Below are positions 37,557 through 47,861 of a DNA stretch of 64,000 nucleotides, one piece after another; position 1 is the stretch's first letter, and every line of letters starts with the position of its first letter. A program made the position numbers and the translations under genes. The stretch comes from Gammaproteobacteria bacterium (GTDB lineage: Bacteria; Pseudomonadota; Gammaproteobacteria; Thiohalobacterales; Thiohalobacteraceae): contig JAJJPM010000031.1 in NCBI GenBank assembly GCA_032907525.1, positions 1,478 through 65,477 of the forward strand. Direction: 5' to 3'. Under the pieces are notes generated by a model. The model did no database searches. It was not told the DNA's origin and worked only from the letters and a program-made list of their open reading frames with translations.

Positions 37557-37856
37557 CTATTCGCCCGCGACGCCCGCACTTTCCAGACGCAGACCCAGCA
37601 TGAGCACGAAACCGCGCTCCCGCAGACAGCCGTCGCGGGTGTACTCGAACTGATAGGTGCGTTGCAGCGCCACATGCCCGGCTGCGGCCCGCCGCAGGCG
37701 CAGGCCGTTCAGGGCCACGGTGCCGTCGAGGAGCTGCAGGCCCTGGTGCCGGCACAACTCCTGGGCGGTACGGACCGCGATCTCGCGGGCCCGGAGTCCT
37801 TGCATCCAGAACCATAGCAGCAGGGCGACGCCGGCCAGGAGCAGGAGGGATTCCAT
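37557..37856 (-). CDS. DUF3301-like small membrane protein
   Basis: 99 aa. N-terminal TM helix LLLLAGVALLLWFW then ARE.A...A...C....LQLLDGTVAL, matching my recollection of DUF3301. Confidence 0.65.
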   Translation of the reverse strand: MESLLLLAGVALLLWFWMQGLRAREIAVRTAQELCRHQGLQLLDGTVALNGLRLRRAAAGHVALQRTYQFEYTRDGCLRERGFVLMLGLRLESAGVAGE

Positions 37857-37862
37857 CGGCGG

Positions 37863-38078
37863 TCAGGCGTCGAGATCGGGTATGAGCGCGCTCTCGATGC
37901 GCTGGATCAGGTCCTTGAGGACGAGTTTGCGCTTTTTCAGGCGCTTGAGCGCCAGCTGATCCATGTGCGGGTCGCCGGCCAGGCGCGCGATCACGTCATC
38001 GAGGTCGCGATGCTCCACGCGCAATGTCTGCAGGCGCTGGCGCAGGGCATCGATGTCGGTTTCGCTCATCTCGGACAT
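37863..38078 (-). CDS. DUF465 (YdcH-like) small protein
   Basis: LRVEHRDLDDVI...LKRLKKRKLVLKDLI is the DUF465 signature. Start chosen at an internal ATG. Confidence 0.75.
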   Translation of the reverse strand: MSEMSETDIDALRQRLQTLRVEHRDLDDVIARLAGDPHMDQLALKRLKKRKLVLKDLIQRIESALIPDLDA

Positions 38079-38257
38079 GCTCGTCGGCTTCCGGCGGTCT
38101 CGCGCGGCCCGCACATTACCATAGTTCCCGGCCGGAATTGACTCATTCGGCCGAACGGGGGCGGACTGCTATACTAGCGCGACTTTCGCCTCCGACCCAC
38201 TGGCCCGCAATGCCTGTCCGTGGCCCCGGGTAAGGAGCCGCTCCAGAGTGCCGCCCG

Positions 38258-40465
38258 ATGTCCAGCCCCAAGCCCCTGTTCTCGTATCGCCCCTACTGGG
38301 CCCGACGCTTCGGCATCGCACCCGTGCTGCCGCGCAGCCGTGCCGAAATGGAGCGGCTCGGCTGGGATTCCTGCGATATCGTCCTGGTGACGGGGGATGC
38401 CTATGTGGATCACCCGAGCTTCGGCATGGCCGTCATCGGCCGGGTGCTGGAGGCGCAGGGTTTCCGCGTGGGCATCATCGACCAGCCGGACTGGACCGGT
38501 GTGGACGACTTCCGCCGGCTCGGCCGGCCGAATCTGTTCTTCGGCGTGACCGCCGGCAACATGGACTCGCTGGTCAACCGCTATACCTCCGACCGCAAAG
38601 TGCGTTCCGACGACGCATATACGCCTGACGCGGCCGGCGGCCGCCGTCCCGATCGTTCCGTCATCGTCTACGCGCAGCGTTGCCGCGAGGCATGGGCCGA
38701 CGTCCCGCTGGTCATCGGCGGCATCGAGGCCAGCCTGCGGCGCATCGCCCATTACGATTATTGGTCCGACAAGGTGCGGCGGTCGATCCTGGTGGATTCC
38801 AAGGCCGATCTGCTGGTATACGGCAACGGCGAGCGCCAGATCGTCGAGATCGCCCACCGCCTCGCCGCGGGTGAACCCGTCACGGCGCTGACGGATATCC
38901 GCGGCACGGGTTTCATGCGCCGCGGCCTTCCGGAAGGATGGGCGGAGATCGACTCGACGGAGATCGATCTGCCCGGCCCGGTGGCGCCACACCCCGATCC
39001 CTACGCGGGTGCCGAGGCATCGCCGTCATCGACCGATGGCGCGCCGACGGAAATCCCGGTCCGCTTCCAGCGGCGTCCACGGGCGGACCGCGCCCGCAGC
39101 GTCGTGCGCCTGCCCGATTTCGAGCGCGTGCGCGACGATCCGGTGCTGTACGCGCACGCTTCGCGCACCATGCACCTGGAGACCAATCCGGGCAACGCCC
39201 GCGCGCTGGCGCAGCGCCACGGCGACCGCGACGTGTGGCTGAACCCGCCGCCGGTGCCGCTCACCACGCCCGAACTCGATCGCATCTTCGAGCTGCCCTA
39301 CACGCGCCAGCCGCACCCGGATTATGCCGGCCGGCGCATTCCGGCCTATGAGATGATCCGTTTCTCGGTGAACATCATGCGCGGCTGCTTCGGCGGCTGC
39401 ACCTTCTGTTCGATCACCGAGCACGAAGGGCGGATCATCCAGAGCCGTTCGGAAGATTCCATCGTGCGCGAGATCGAGACCATCCGTGACACCGTACCGG
39501 GCTTCACCGGCGTCATCTCCGACGTCGGCGGCCCGACCGCCAACATGTACCGCCTGGCCTGCAAGAGCCGCGAGATCGAGGCCGCCTGCCGCCGGCCGTC
39601 CTGCGTCTATCCCGGTATCTGCTCCAACATGAGCACCGACCACGCGCCTCTGATCAGCCTCTACCGCCGGGTGCGCGCATTGCCCGGCATCAAGAAGGTG
39701 CTGGTGGCGTCCGGCCTGCGCTACGACCTGGCGGTACAGGCGCCGGATTACGTGAAGGAGCTGGTGACCCATCATGTGGGCGGCTATCTGAAGATCGCGC
39801 CCGAGCACACCGAGTCGGGTCCGCTGTCGAAGATGATGAAGCCCGGCATGGGCATCTACGACCGTTTCAAGGAATTGTTCGAGAAATATTCCCGCGAGGC
39901 CGGCAAGGAACAGTACCTGATTCCTTACTTCATCGCCGCCCACCCCGGAACAACAGACGAAGACATGCTCAATCTGGCCCTCTGGCTCAAGCGCAACGGC
40001 TTCCGCGCGGACCAGGTCCAGAATTTCCTGCCCTCGCCGATGGCGACCGCGACGGCCATGTACCATTCGGGCCGGAATCCGCTGCGCAAGGTGACGCCCG
40101 ACAGCGAGTCGGTGACGGTTCCGAAGGGATTGCGCGTGCGGCGGCTGCACAAGGCCTTCCTGCGCTACCACGACGCCAACAACTGGCCGTTGCTGCGCGA
40201 GGCACTCAAGCGCATGGGGAGGGAGGATCTGATCGGCAACGGCAAGCGCCACCTGGTGCCGACCTGGCAGCCCAAGGGGACCGGCGATGCGGCAGGCGGA
40301 CGACGCTGCGCCAAGTCGCAGGCCGCCGGCAGACCATTCCGGACGCAGCATACCGGACTGCCGCACGCGCCGCAGGCACCCGCGCAGACATCCGGTGCCG
40401 CACCGGAGCGCGCTGCATGCAAGCCACGGCGCGGACGGCCTGAGCGGCCGGGGCCCAGCCGCTGA
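38258..40465 (+). CDS. ygiQ: YgiQ-family radical SAM protein (UPF0313)
   Basis: 735 aa. The N-terminus [45 protein letters not shown] is near-identical in pattern to E. coli YgiQ. CxxxCxxC (CFGGCTFC). Basic C-terminal tail. Confidence 0.92.
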   Translation: MSSPKPLFSYRPYWARRFGIAPVLPRSRAEMERLGWDSCDIVLVTGDAYVDHPSFGMAVIGRVLEAQGFRVGIIDQPDWTGVDDFRRLGRPNLFFGVTAGNMDSLVNRYTSDRKVRSDDAYTPDAAGGRRPDRSVIVYAQRCREAWADVPLVIGGIEASLRRIAHYDYWSDKVRRSILVDSKADLLVYGNGERQIVEIAHRLAAGEPVTALTDIRGTGFMRRGLPEGWAEIDSTEIDLPGPVAPHPDPYAGAEASPSSTDGAPTEIPVRFQRRPRADRARSVVRLPDFERVRDDPVLYAHASRTMHLETNPGNARALAQRHGDRDVWLNPPPVPLTTPELDRIFELPYTRQPHPDYAGRRIPAYEMIRFSVNIMRGCFGGCTFCSITEHEGRIIQSRSEDSIVREIETIRDTVPGFTGVISDVGGPTANMYRLACKSREIEAACRRPSCVYPGICSNMSTDHAPLISLYRRVRALPGIKKVLVASGLRYDLAVQAPDYVKELVTHHVGGYLKIAPEHTESGPLSKMMKPGMGIYDRFKELFEKYSREAGKEQYLIPYFIAAHPGTTDEDMLNLALWLKRNGFRADQVQNFLPSPMATATAMYHSGRNPLRKVTPDSESVTVPKGLRVRRLHKAFLRYHDANNWPLLREALKRMGREDLIGNGKRHLVPTWQPKGTGDAAGGRRCAKSQAAGRPFRTQHTGLPHAPQAPAQTSGAAPERAACKPRRGRPERPGPSR

Positions 40466-40474
40466 CCGCGCGCC

Positions 40475-40744
40475 CTACTGCTGGGTTACCGGGGCCGCAT
40501 TCTCCGACAGCAGCGTGTCGATCTCCTGCTCCGCTGTCAGCCAGTCGTCCAGCGGGTCGCCGATCGAGAAACCGCGCCGTTCGGCACGCAGATAGGCGGC
40601 CTCGGCGATCATCTGGTGACGTTGTTCAGGAGAGACGCCTGTGCTGCGCGACGTCTTGGTGCGTGGTTTTCGGGGTGCGGCTGGGCGCGGAGTCTTGGCG
40701 GGGGATGATTTCGGCCGTGCAGAAGTCTTGTGAGGGGTGGCCAT
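40475..40744 (-). CDS. DUF2934-domain small basic protein
   Basis: Internal ATG. IAEAAYLRAERRGFSIGDPLDDWLTAEQEI is the DUF2934 signature. Confidence 0.75.
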   Translation of the reverse strand: MATPHKTSARPKSSPAKTPRPAAPRKPRTKTSRSTGVSPEQRHQMIAEAAYLRAERRGFSIGDPLDDWLTAEQEIDTLLSENAAPVTQQ

Positions 40745-40971
40745 GATGTATCGGCTCTCCAGCGTGATGACGCATGACGGAAAGGGAATCGGCGGACTCA
40801 CACGGGGCATCCCTGCCTTGCGGCCGCCGACCATCGGTTCGCTTTCTCAGTCTAGTTGATGATTGTCGTGCCGCAACCGCGCTTCAATGGGCGTGCAAGA
40901 CGGAAGATTGACGTCCGGATCGGCAATCACGCGGGATCTCCTCGACTGCCGGGTCCCGCTGCCGCGCACCG

Positions 40972-42096
40972 TCAGGCGTTCGAAACTTTCCGATGTTCGT
41001 CCGTCTCCGCTTCGGATTGCCGGCTGACGATCTCCTTTTCGTATACGCTCTGGGTTTCGAATGGCCAGCTGCGGATGCCGCCTTCCAGGGACACCACGTC
41101 GATCTGGTTCTGCGCCATGATCAGCGTCGCGACCGCGCTGCGCGCCCCACCGTGACAATAGACGATGTACTTGCGGCTCCTGTCGATCTCATGCAGGCGG
41201 TTGCGCAGCTCGTAGAGCGGGATCAGCGTGGCGCCCGGTATGTGGTGCTCGTCGTACTCCTCGGAATAGCGCACGTCGATGAGGTCGTAGCCGGTCTCCA
41301 GCATGGTCCTGGCGACATTCGGATGCACGGTCTTGATCAGCGGCGTGCTGATAAGCTCTTCGAAGGCTGTCTTGTCGAGCACCAGCACATGGCCATCGGA
41401 TGTCATGCGCACCGTTTCGCAGCGTGTGCTGCCGGATATCAGGGCCTCGCAGCCGAAGGCGTCGCCGGCCTTGAGATCGGCGATCTTGTGGGGCTTGCTG
41501 TCGTAGACGCCGAGCTGGTACACCTCGGCGGTGCCTTCGGTGATGATGTAATAGGCATCGCCCTGTTCGCCCTGGCGGATCACCTCCTGGCCGCGCTTCA
41601 CTTCCTGGCACTTCATGCGCTTGAAGGCCAGCTCCACGGTCTCCAGCGGCAGGCGGCGGAACACCAGCGAGTTGCGGACCCGTTCCATCAGGCGATACAT
41701 CTCGGCATCGGTGTCCTCCATCATGTGGACCACTTCGTCCCAGGAGATCAGCTTGTCGAGCAGATCCCGGTCGGCATGGCAGATGATGGAATCTTCCCGG
41801 GCGACCAGGGTGCTGGTGCCGGGGGACGGCGGCAGCAGCACGGGACGCCGGCGGGTGTCCTCGGGACCGGCGATGGATTTGACCGCGCCGGAATAGATGA
41901 CCTCCAGCCGGCCTTCGACCACGAACAGATAATCGTGTCCCTTGCCGCCGGTGATCTGGAAGATCTCCCCTTTGCGCATCTCGATGAAGCGGACGATGTT
42001 CACCACCTCGGAGAGGCGCTCCGGCGACAGCAGGGTGAAAGGCTGGTAATGCCGTGACAGACTGTCGAGTACGCGATCCAGTTTGACGCTCATCAT
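40972..42096 (-). CDS. Tandem cyclic-nucleotide-binding domains fused to a catalytic rhodanese domain
   Basis: 374 aa. Two CAP-type cNMP modules; the second carries GDAFGCEALISGSTRCETV. The C-terminal rhodanese is LIDVRYSEEYDEHHIPGA...YCHGGARS with the active-site Cys loop intact. No HTH. Confidence 0.85.
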   Translation of the reverse strand: MMSVKLDRVLDSLSRHYQPFTLLSPERLSEVVNIVRFIEMRKGEIFQITGGKGHDYLFVVEGRLEVIYSGAVKSIAGPEDTRRRPVLLPPSPGTSTLVAREDSIICHADRDLLDKLISWDEVVHMMEDTDAEMYRLMERVRNSLVFRRLPLETVELAFKRMKCQEVKRGQEVIRQGEQGDAYYIITEGTAEVYQLGVYDSKPHKIADLKAGDAFGCEALISGSTRCETVRMTSDGHVLVLDKTAFEELISTPLIKTVHPNVARTMLETGYDLIDVRYSEEYDEHHIPGATLIPLYELRNRLHEIDRSRKYIVYCHGGARSAVATLIMAQNQIDVVSLEGGIRSWPFETQSVYEKEIVSRQSEAETDEHRKVSNA

Positions 42097-42141
42097 GACG
42101 TTCGGCCTCCTCGGGCGGCGGGTCTGATCTGCTCGGTTGTG

Positions 42142-42999
42142 TCAGAGATAATTCAAGGGGATCTTGAGGTAACCGACGCCGTTGCCTTCCGCGGCGGGCA
42201 GCGCGCCGGCGTTGATGTTCACCTGCAGACTGGGGAACAGCAGTCGCGGCGCCGACAGGGTTCTGTCGCGGGCCTCGGTCCGGCGCACGAACTCGTCTTC
42301 CGTCGTGCCGGCGGGCAGGTCGATGTTGCTGCGCTTGGATTCGCCGATGGTGGTCCGGTAGCGCATGTCGCGGCCGTTCGGGTAGTCGTGTCCCACGTAG
42401 ACCTGCGTGTCGTCGGGCAGGGTATACAGGCGTTCGATGACCGATCTGTACAGGTCGCGGGCGCTGCCGCGCGGAAAGTCGCAACGGGCCACCCCCACGT
42501 CCGGAATGAACAGCACGTCGCCGGTGAAGACGGCGTCGCCGATCCTGTAGGTGCTGCAGGCCGGGGTGTGTCCCGGCGTGTGAATGACCTCGATGCTCAG
42601 GGTCCCGGCCTCGAGCACATCTCCGTCCCGGAGGAGCCGGTCGAACTGGCGGCCATCGGTGGGGAAATCCTGCGGCAGGTTGAATGCCCCTTTGAAGATC
42701 TCCTGCACTACGGCAATATTGCTGCCGATCGCGGCCCTCGTCCGCAGGCGCCGCTTGAGTTCGTGGACGCCGGAGAGATGATCGGCGTGGACATGGGTAT
42801 CGAGGATCCAGTGGACCTTCAGCCGCCGGTCCGCCACGAATCGCTCCACTTTGTCGATGGATTCGGTGAAGGTCCGCCAGGGTGTGGTGTCGAGATCGAG
42901 AACCGGATCGATGACGACGGCGTCTCCGCTGGCTGCGTCATAGACGACATAGGTCAGGGTGAATGTACGCCCATCATCGAAAAAGGCTTCAACCTGCAT
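42142..42999 (-). CDS. MBL-fold hydrolase resembling Blh/CstB-type (type III) persulfide dioxygenases
   Basis: Internal ATG. AFFDDGRTFTLTYVVYDAASGDAVVIDPVLDLD, THVHADHLSG and HTPGHTP metal ligands. Lies 45 nt upstream of the cNMP-rhodanese gene on the same strand. Confidence 0.78.
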   Translation of the reverse strand: MQVEAFFDDGRTFTLTYVVYDAASGDAVVIDPVLDLDTTPWRTFTESIDKVERFVADRRLKVHWILDTHVHADHLSGVHELKRRLRTRAAIGSNIAVVQEIFKGAFNLPQDFPTDGRQFDRLLRDGDVLEAGTLSIEVIHTPGHTPACSTYRIGDAVFTGDVLFIPDVGVARCDFPRGSARDLYRSVIERLYTLPDDTQVYVGHDYPNGRDMRYRTTIGESKRSNIDLPAGTTEDEFVRRTEARDRTLSAPRLLFPSLQVNINAGALPAAEGNGVGYLKIPLNYL

Positions 43000-43225
43000 G
43001 CGACATCCTCTTGGCCGGTGGTGCGTGGGGAGTGGCGGATCTGTCGGTGGCCTTCTTCGGGCCTTGCCTGCGGCCAGGCCCGCATTGATTTTTGTCAGGC
43101 CTGAACAGTGAGCTGTAACGGCCGCGCCCGGGCCGACTTTACCGCGCACGCGCGAGCATGCCGCCCATGCAACACGTTGCTCCGGCGGCGGGGTTTTGCC
43201 AATTTTTTCCATGAAGGAGAATGAG

Positions 43226-44425
43226 ATGCGTTTGGGTACCCCATTGTCGGACACGGCGACGCGCGTGATGCTGCTCGGCAGCGGCGAACTGGGCAAGGAG
43301 GTGATCATCGCCCTGCAACGGCTGGGTGTGGAGGTGATCGCCGTGGATCGTTATCCCGATGCGCCCGGACATCAGGTCGCCCATCGCGCCCACGCCGTCA
43401 ACATGGCCGATCCCGCCGCCGTGCGTGCGCTGATCGAGCAGGAACGCCCGCATCTGGTCGTGCCGGAGATCGAGGCCATCGCCACCGAGGCCCTGGCCGA
43501 GGCCGAGGCGGCCGGCCTGACCGAGGTCATCCCTACCGCGCGCGCCGCTCAGCTGACCCTGAATCGCGAAGGGATCCGGCGACTGGCCGCCGAGGAGCTG
43601 GGGTTGCCGACCTCGCGCTACGCCTTCGCCGGGACTCTCGAAGAGCTGCGCGCGGCCGCCGATCGGGTGACAGGCTATCCCTGCATCGTCAAGCCGGTGA
43701 TGTCGTCGTCGGGCAAGGGCCAGTCGAGCGCCGCGTCACCCGCCGACATCGAGGGAGCATGGGACTATGCGATGCAGGGTGGCCGGGTGCGGAGCGGCAG
43801 GGTGATCGTCGAGGAACGCATCGATTTCGACTTCGAGATCACCCTGCTCACGGTCCGTTCCCTGGGAGAGGACGGGCAGGTGCGGACGGATTTCTGCGAG
43901 CCCATCGGCCATGTGCAGGTCAAGGGCGACTATGTCGAATCCTGGCAGCCACAGCCGATGTCCCCGACGGCGCTGGCGCGCTCGCGGGAGATCGCGGCCG
44001 CCGTCACCGGCAGCCTCGGTGGCCGCGGCATCTTCGGTGTGGAGCTGTTCGTGAAGGGGGATCAGGTCTGGTTCAGCGAGGTGAGTCCGCGGCCACACGA
44101 TACCGGCATGGTTACGATGGTCAGCCAGGCCCAGAGCGAGTTCGAACTGCATGCGCGCGCCATCCTGGGGCTGCCGGTCTCCGTCGCATTGCGCCGGCCG
44201 GGCGCGAGCGCGGTGATCTATGGCCAGCTGGAGGCGGCCGGCATCGCATTTGAAGGGGTGGACGAGGCCTTGCGCGTGCCGGAGTCGGAACTGCGCCTGT
44301 TCGGCAAACCCGAATCCTTCGAGCGGCGTCGTATGGGCGTGGCGCTGGCCTGCGCGGACACGGCCGATGAGGCGCGCGTGCGCGCCAAGACGGCGGCGGC
44401 CAAGGTGCGGCCGGTCAGGGGCTGA
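43226..44425 (+). CDS. purT: Formate-dependent phosphoribosylglycinamide formyltransferase
   Basis: ATG with an [36 protein letters not shown] and the ATP-grasp core. Confidence 0.92.
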   Translation: MRLGTPLSDTATRVMLLGSGELGKEVIIALQRLGVEVIAVDRYPDAPGHQVAHRAHAVNMADPAAVRALIEQERPHLVVPEIEAIATEALAEAEAAGLTEVIPTARAAQLTLNREGIRRLAAEELGLPTSRYAFAGTLEELRAAADRVTGYPCIVKPVMSSSGKGQSSAASPADIEGAWDYAMQGGRVRSGRVIVEERIDFDFEITLLTVRSLGEDGQVRTDFCEPIGHVQVKGDYVESWQPQPMSPTALARSREIAAAVTGSLGGRGIFGVELFVKGDQVWFSEVSPRPHDTGMVTMVSQAQSEFELHARAILGLPVSVALRRPGASAVIYGQLEAAGIAFEGVDEALRVPESELRLFGKPESFERRRMGVALACADTADEARVRAKTAAAKVRPVRG

Positions 44426-44450
44426 TGCAGCCGCGATGCCGACCCAACGA

Positions 44451-44476
44451 AAAACCCCGCCTTTCAGGCGGGGTTC
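44451..44476. terminator. Bidirectional rho-independent terminator
   Basis: AAAACCCCGCC-TTTCA-GGCGGGGTT lies between convergent purT and the 44498..44920 gene. Confidence 0.8.
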
Positions 44477-44497
44477 GCGTTTCCGGGTGCGGTCTTT

Positions 44498-44920
44498 TCA
44501 GGTGCAGGGTGTGGCGGTCGAGCCGGATGCCGCCCAGGCAAATGAGCAGTCCAGGTGGGTGCGCACCGCGATGACGCCGTTCAGGCCGTCTTCGACCATG
44601 AGATCGACGGGGGTGCGGCGGCGGAAGTGCCGGTTGCGACGGTGCATCCACAATGGACCCATCTGCGGATTGCGGGGGAAGGTGGTGCGCAACGCGTCGG
44701 CGATGCCGATCAGGTGTTCGATGCGCTCCATCACATCCGGGGAATCCGGAAACGGCGTGTCCATCTGGTAGCGATGCATATTGCGTACGGTCGTGTCCTC
44801 GGGCAGCGCGAGGATCATGATCGCCTCCCGGGGGCCGATGCCCCAGCTCTCCAGCAGGCCTATGACGGCGCGGGTCAGGGAGATGCGGTCTTCCTGGGTG
44901 GCATTGCCGAAATCGCTCAT
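44498..44920 (-). CDS. Xre/MbcA/ParS-like antitoxin domain (DUF2384) protein, no adjacent toxin
   Basis: 140 aa. LLESWGIGPREAIMILALPEDTTVRNM...RIEHLIGIADAL...WMHRRNRHFRRRTPVDLMVEDGLNGVIAVRTHLD matches the DUF2384 pattern. Confidence 0.65.
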   Translation of the reverse strand: MSDFGNATQEDRISLTRAVIGLLESWGIGPREAIMILALPEDTTVRNMHRYQMDTPFPDSPDVMERIEHLIGIADALRTTFPRNPQMGPLWMHRRNRHFRRRTPVDLMVEDGLNGVIAVRTHLDCSFAWAASGSTATPCT

Positions 44921-45041
44921 GTTCCAGTCCTCGAGGTGCGGATTCGCGCACTATAGTGCCAGACTTCCGGGGATGCCAATAACCCGGCATTTTGCGGAGC
45001 TATTCCGCGTCGTCGCCCCGGAGGTGGCCACGGGAGGGGCT

Positions 45042-45335
45042 TCAGTTGTCGCTGGCGGGCTTGCTTTTCTTCAACGAGTCCAGCGGCACGACCACCGTTT
45101 TCTTGGGTTCGTCGATGAAGCGCGGCCGCATGTCCATGGATCTGCCGCGCGCCTCGACGAGCTCGCGTTCGCGGGCGGCGATCAGTGCCAGGCAATCGCG
45201 GATGCCCTGGATGGTGTTGTCCGACAGGGGGTGGCGGAAGCCGGGCTGGGCATGGGTATCCTTGGCCACGTCCGTGAGGACCTTCTTCATCATGCGCAGG
45301 ATGCGCTCTTCCTGGGAAATCTCTTCACTGGACAT
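45042..45335 (-). CDS. Small conserved hypothetical protein (97 aa)
   Basis: ORF with coding-like composition and a Lys-rich tail. No family recognised. Confidence 0.6.
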   Translation of the reverse strand: MSSEEISQEERILRMMKKVLTDVAKDTHAQPGFRHPLSDNTIQGIRDCLALIAARERELVEARGRSMDMRPRFIDEPKKTVVVPLDSLKKSKPASDN

Positions 45336-45440
45336 CGCTGGGTGCCTCCGCTGCCGGACGCCCGGGGAAGTCGGCGCCGGTCCTTAGATCAGGGCCGCAT
45401 TGTCGCACAGGCGGGAGCGCGGATTCATCCGCAGAGGAAG

Positions 45441-46010
45441 TCAGTCTTCCGTATAGAAGAATCCCCAGGGACTGTCCGTGAGACCGGCCAGGGTCTCCAA
45501 CAATGCGTCGTCGGGCACGGCCTCGGCCGGATGGATCCCCCAGACATCGAGGAATACACGCGCATAACCGCCGGCCTGTCGCCAATTGAGCCGCTCCAGC
45601 TCCGCGGCGGCTCCGCACCCCGGACAGATCAGTCTGCCGCCCACCGCTGCCTCGCCGAGCAGGGCCTGCTCGACGGGCCGGCGGCACTGCCGGCAACGGG
45701 GCGGGTGATCGGCCCGTCCGCGCAGACGCGGCGTCGGCGTGGGAGCCTGCGGTTCTATATGACAGAAGCGTCCGGCGCGCGCGTGTCCGTCAGGGTCACC
45801 GGCAGGCGGATCGAGTTCCACAACGGGCGAGCAGCCGAGAAAGATGAAGTGGTCGAGGAAGCGCGGGCCGGTCCGGAAATGCCGGCGTCCATCGAGCTCG
45901 AAGGCGGCGCCGATCAGCCCCATCTCACCCAGGGCGGCTGGCAGCCCGGTCGGAGAATGCGGAATCGCAGAAGGCCGCAACGGGTGGAGAACGAGTTTGT
46001 AGGCACTCAT
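45441..46010 (-). CDS. Hypothetical protein with CxxC-N19-CxxC zinc-ribbon-like motif
   Basis: 189 aa. CRQCRRPVEQALLGEAAVGGRLICPGC. Starts 21 nt after the stop of the DnaJ-related gene. Confidence 0.6.
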   Translation of the reverse strand: MSAYKLVLHPLRPSAIPHSPTGLPAALGEMGLIGAAFELDGRRHFRTGPRFLDHFIFLGCSPVVELDPPAGDPDGHARAGRFCHIEPQAPTPTPRLRGRADHPPRCRQCRRPVEQALLGEAAVGGRLICPGCGAAAELERLNWRQAGGYARVFLDVWGIHPAEAVPDDALLETLAGLTDSPWGFFYTED

Positions 46011-46031
46011 ATTCCGGTACGGGCAGGGCGG

Positions 46032-46616
46032 TCAGTTGCGCCGCGGGTCCAGGATCGCCATCGCGGCATTGATCGCCTGCAGGCGTGCCCGTTCGCCGCC
46101 ACGGTCGGGGTGGTGGCGCATCGCGAGGCGCCGGTACTGACGCAGGATGGCGTCGTCGTCGGCGTCCGCCGGCAGTCCGAGCACGGCCAGCGCTTCACCA
46201 CGGCGGTCATAGCGGCAGAAACGTGCCCAGAACCGGCCGAGCATGTGGTCGATGTCGGCGGCGCTGGTGCCGTCCAGGTTGGCCAGGTCCAGGTAATAGA
46301 CGCTCAAGGGGTCCGGTCGGGCCAGCGCAGCGGGCGCCTCCGGGGTGGTCGAACGCAGGCGGATGTTCAGGGCGTGGATGTCCAGGTCGCCGCTGCGCGT
46401 CCGGTGCAACTCATCGCGCAGGCGGTACAGATGATGGAACAGCAGGAAGTGCGTCCGAAACAATGTCTGGGGGTCATCCAGGCGTTCGTTGCCGAACGTC
46501 AGCCGCCGATCGTTGCGCAGGCGCTGCAGCAGGTCGAATTCGCTCAGGCCCGCGGGGTGGAGCTGGAGGATCTCTCGCAGGATGGCGAGGAAGGCGTCGG
46601 CGTCGGCGGGCTGCAT
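46032..46616 (-). CDS. DNA-J related domain protein with C-terminal J domain
   Basis: Internal ATG. C-terminal ALAVLGLPADADDDAILRQYRRLAMRHHPDRGG is a J domain with HPD. The N-terminal part resembles the DNAJ_related family. Confidence 0.75.
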   Translation of the reverse strand: MQPADADAFLAILREILQLHPAGLSEFDLLQRLRNDRRLTFGNERLDDPQTLFRTHFLLFHHLYRLRDELHRTRSGDLDIHALNIRLRSTTPEAPAALARPDPLSVYYLDLANLDGTSAADIDHMLGRFWARFCRYDRRGEALAVLGLPADADDDAILRQYRRLAMRHHPDRGGERARLQAINAAMAILDPRRN

Positions 46617-46873
46617 GATCCGGGCGGTGCGGGCTTCACGGTCTCGGATGTTCAATGTATATTTCAGTAATTTCAATCGCTTGATCTTGCGGTTCGGAAC
46701 GTGATCGCGGCCGCCCGATGATCGCATTAAAAGGCATGCGCGGCCTGCCGACAAGGTCCCGTGGGCGTTGTGCCGGCCGCTCCGGCGCGCACCGACCCCG
46801 CGCCGAATGCGGCAGCGGTCACAGTCGTAGTGGGACAGACTTGGATACAGTGTGGAAAACGCAGGAAACGCCC

Positions 46874-47485
46874 ATGAATTACGACGACTACCTCTATCAG
46901 GAACGCACCTGGTTCGACCAGATCGCCGAACGCCTGACGCGCTCCTGCATGCAGTGCCTGCCGCGCAATCAGGGGCGTCTGTGGACGGGCGGCTTCGCCT
47001 TGTTCGCATCGCTGTGCGTCGCCTGGGCCGCGGGCCTGGCCTCGCACGCCGTTCTGGTTGATCTCCCGCGAAACCAGGCGGTGGCGCAGATTCTGGCGGC
47101 GCTGCTGCTGCTGGCCGCTGCTCGACACTTCCTGGCCGTCACCGGTCTGAGCGCCGCCGATGCGCAGCCACGGCACAAGCTCATCCGTCGCACCGTCCCC
47201 CGCCGCCCGGGGCCCGTCGGGCCGGCCGCGCCGGCGGTCGAAACGCATGCCGTGACGCCCTCGATACCGCCGTCGTCCCAGGATGATGCGCAGCAGTTCT
47301 TCCGTGAGGTCAGGGCAGCCGGCGTGAATGTGCGCATTGCGCGCGCTCTGTATGCGGCCGGCTTCCGCAATGCCGAACAGGTGCGGGCGGCCGACGACCG
47401 GCATCTGCTCGCCATGCCCGGCATCGGTGCCGCCACGTTGCGCAAGTTGCGGGTGAAGTTCGGCCTGCCGCGGACCGCGGCCTGA
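46874..47485 (+). CDS. Membrane protein with C-terminal helix-hairpin-helix motif
   Basis: In-frame ATG. Two TM helices. C-terminal LLAMPGIGAATLRKLRVKFGL is HhH-like. Confidence 0.6.
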   Translation: MNYDDYLYQERTWFDQIAERLTRSCMQCLPRNQGRLWTGGFALFASLCVAWAAGLASHAVLVDLPRNQAVAQILAALLLLAAARHFLAVTGLSAADAQPRHKLIRRTVPRRPGPVGPAAPAVETHAVTPSIPPSSQDDAQQFFREVRAAGVNVRIARALYAAGFRNAEQVRAADDRHLLAMPGIGAATLRKLRVKFGLPRTAA

Positions 47486-47495
47486 TCTCCGGAGT

Positions 47496-47861
47496 TCACT
47501 CCAGCGGGCGATAGCATTCCGGCGTGAAACGCGGCGTGCAGATTGCGTAGAAAATCAGATCGTCCCTTCCGGTATTGGTGATCCGTTGCCGCTCTCCCGG
47601 CGGGATCACGACCACATCCCCCGCCCGCACCTCTTCCGGTGGTTGCACGCCGACCTCGACGCGGCCGCTGCCGGCCACGATCAGATACCGCTCCGTCACG
47701 TCCGTCAGGGCATGCCAGCGCGTGCCCGTGCCCGGTGCCACCCGGGCGCGGGCGATGGATGCCTGCGGGTCGGAGGCATCGTTCCAGGACTCGAGGATGT
47801 GGCAGCCTTCCTCGAAGAAGTACTCCGCGCCTGGATCGGGATGGGTGACCTGTGGGTGCAT
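47496..47861 (-). CDS. Cupin-domain protein
   Basis: 121 aa. GTRWHALTDVTERYLIVAGSGRVEVG...VVVIPPGERQRITN is the cupin two-motif pattern. Confidence 0.8.
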   Translation of the reverse strand: MHPQVTHPDPGAEYFFEEGCHILESWNDASDPQASIARARVAPGTGTRWHALTDVTERYLIVAGSGRVEVGVQPPEEVRAGDVVVIPPGERQRITNTGRDDLIFYAICTPRFTPECYRPLE

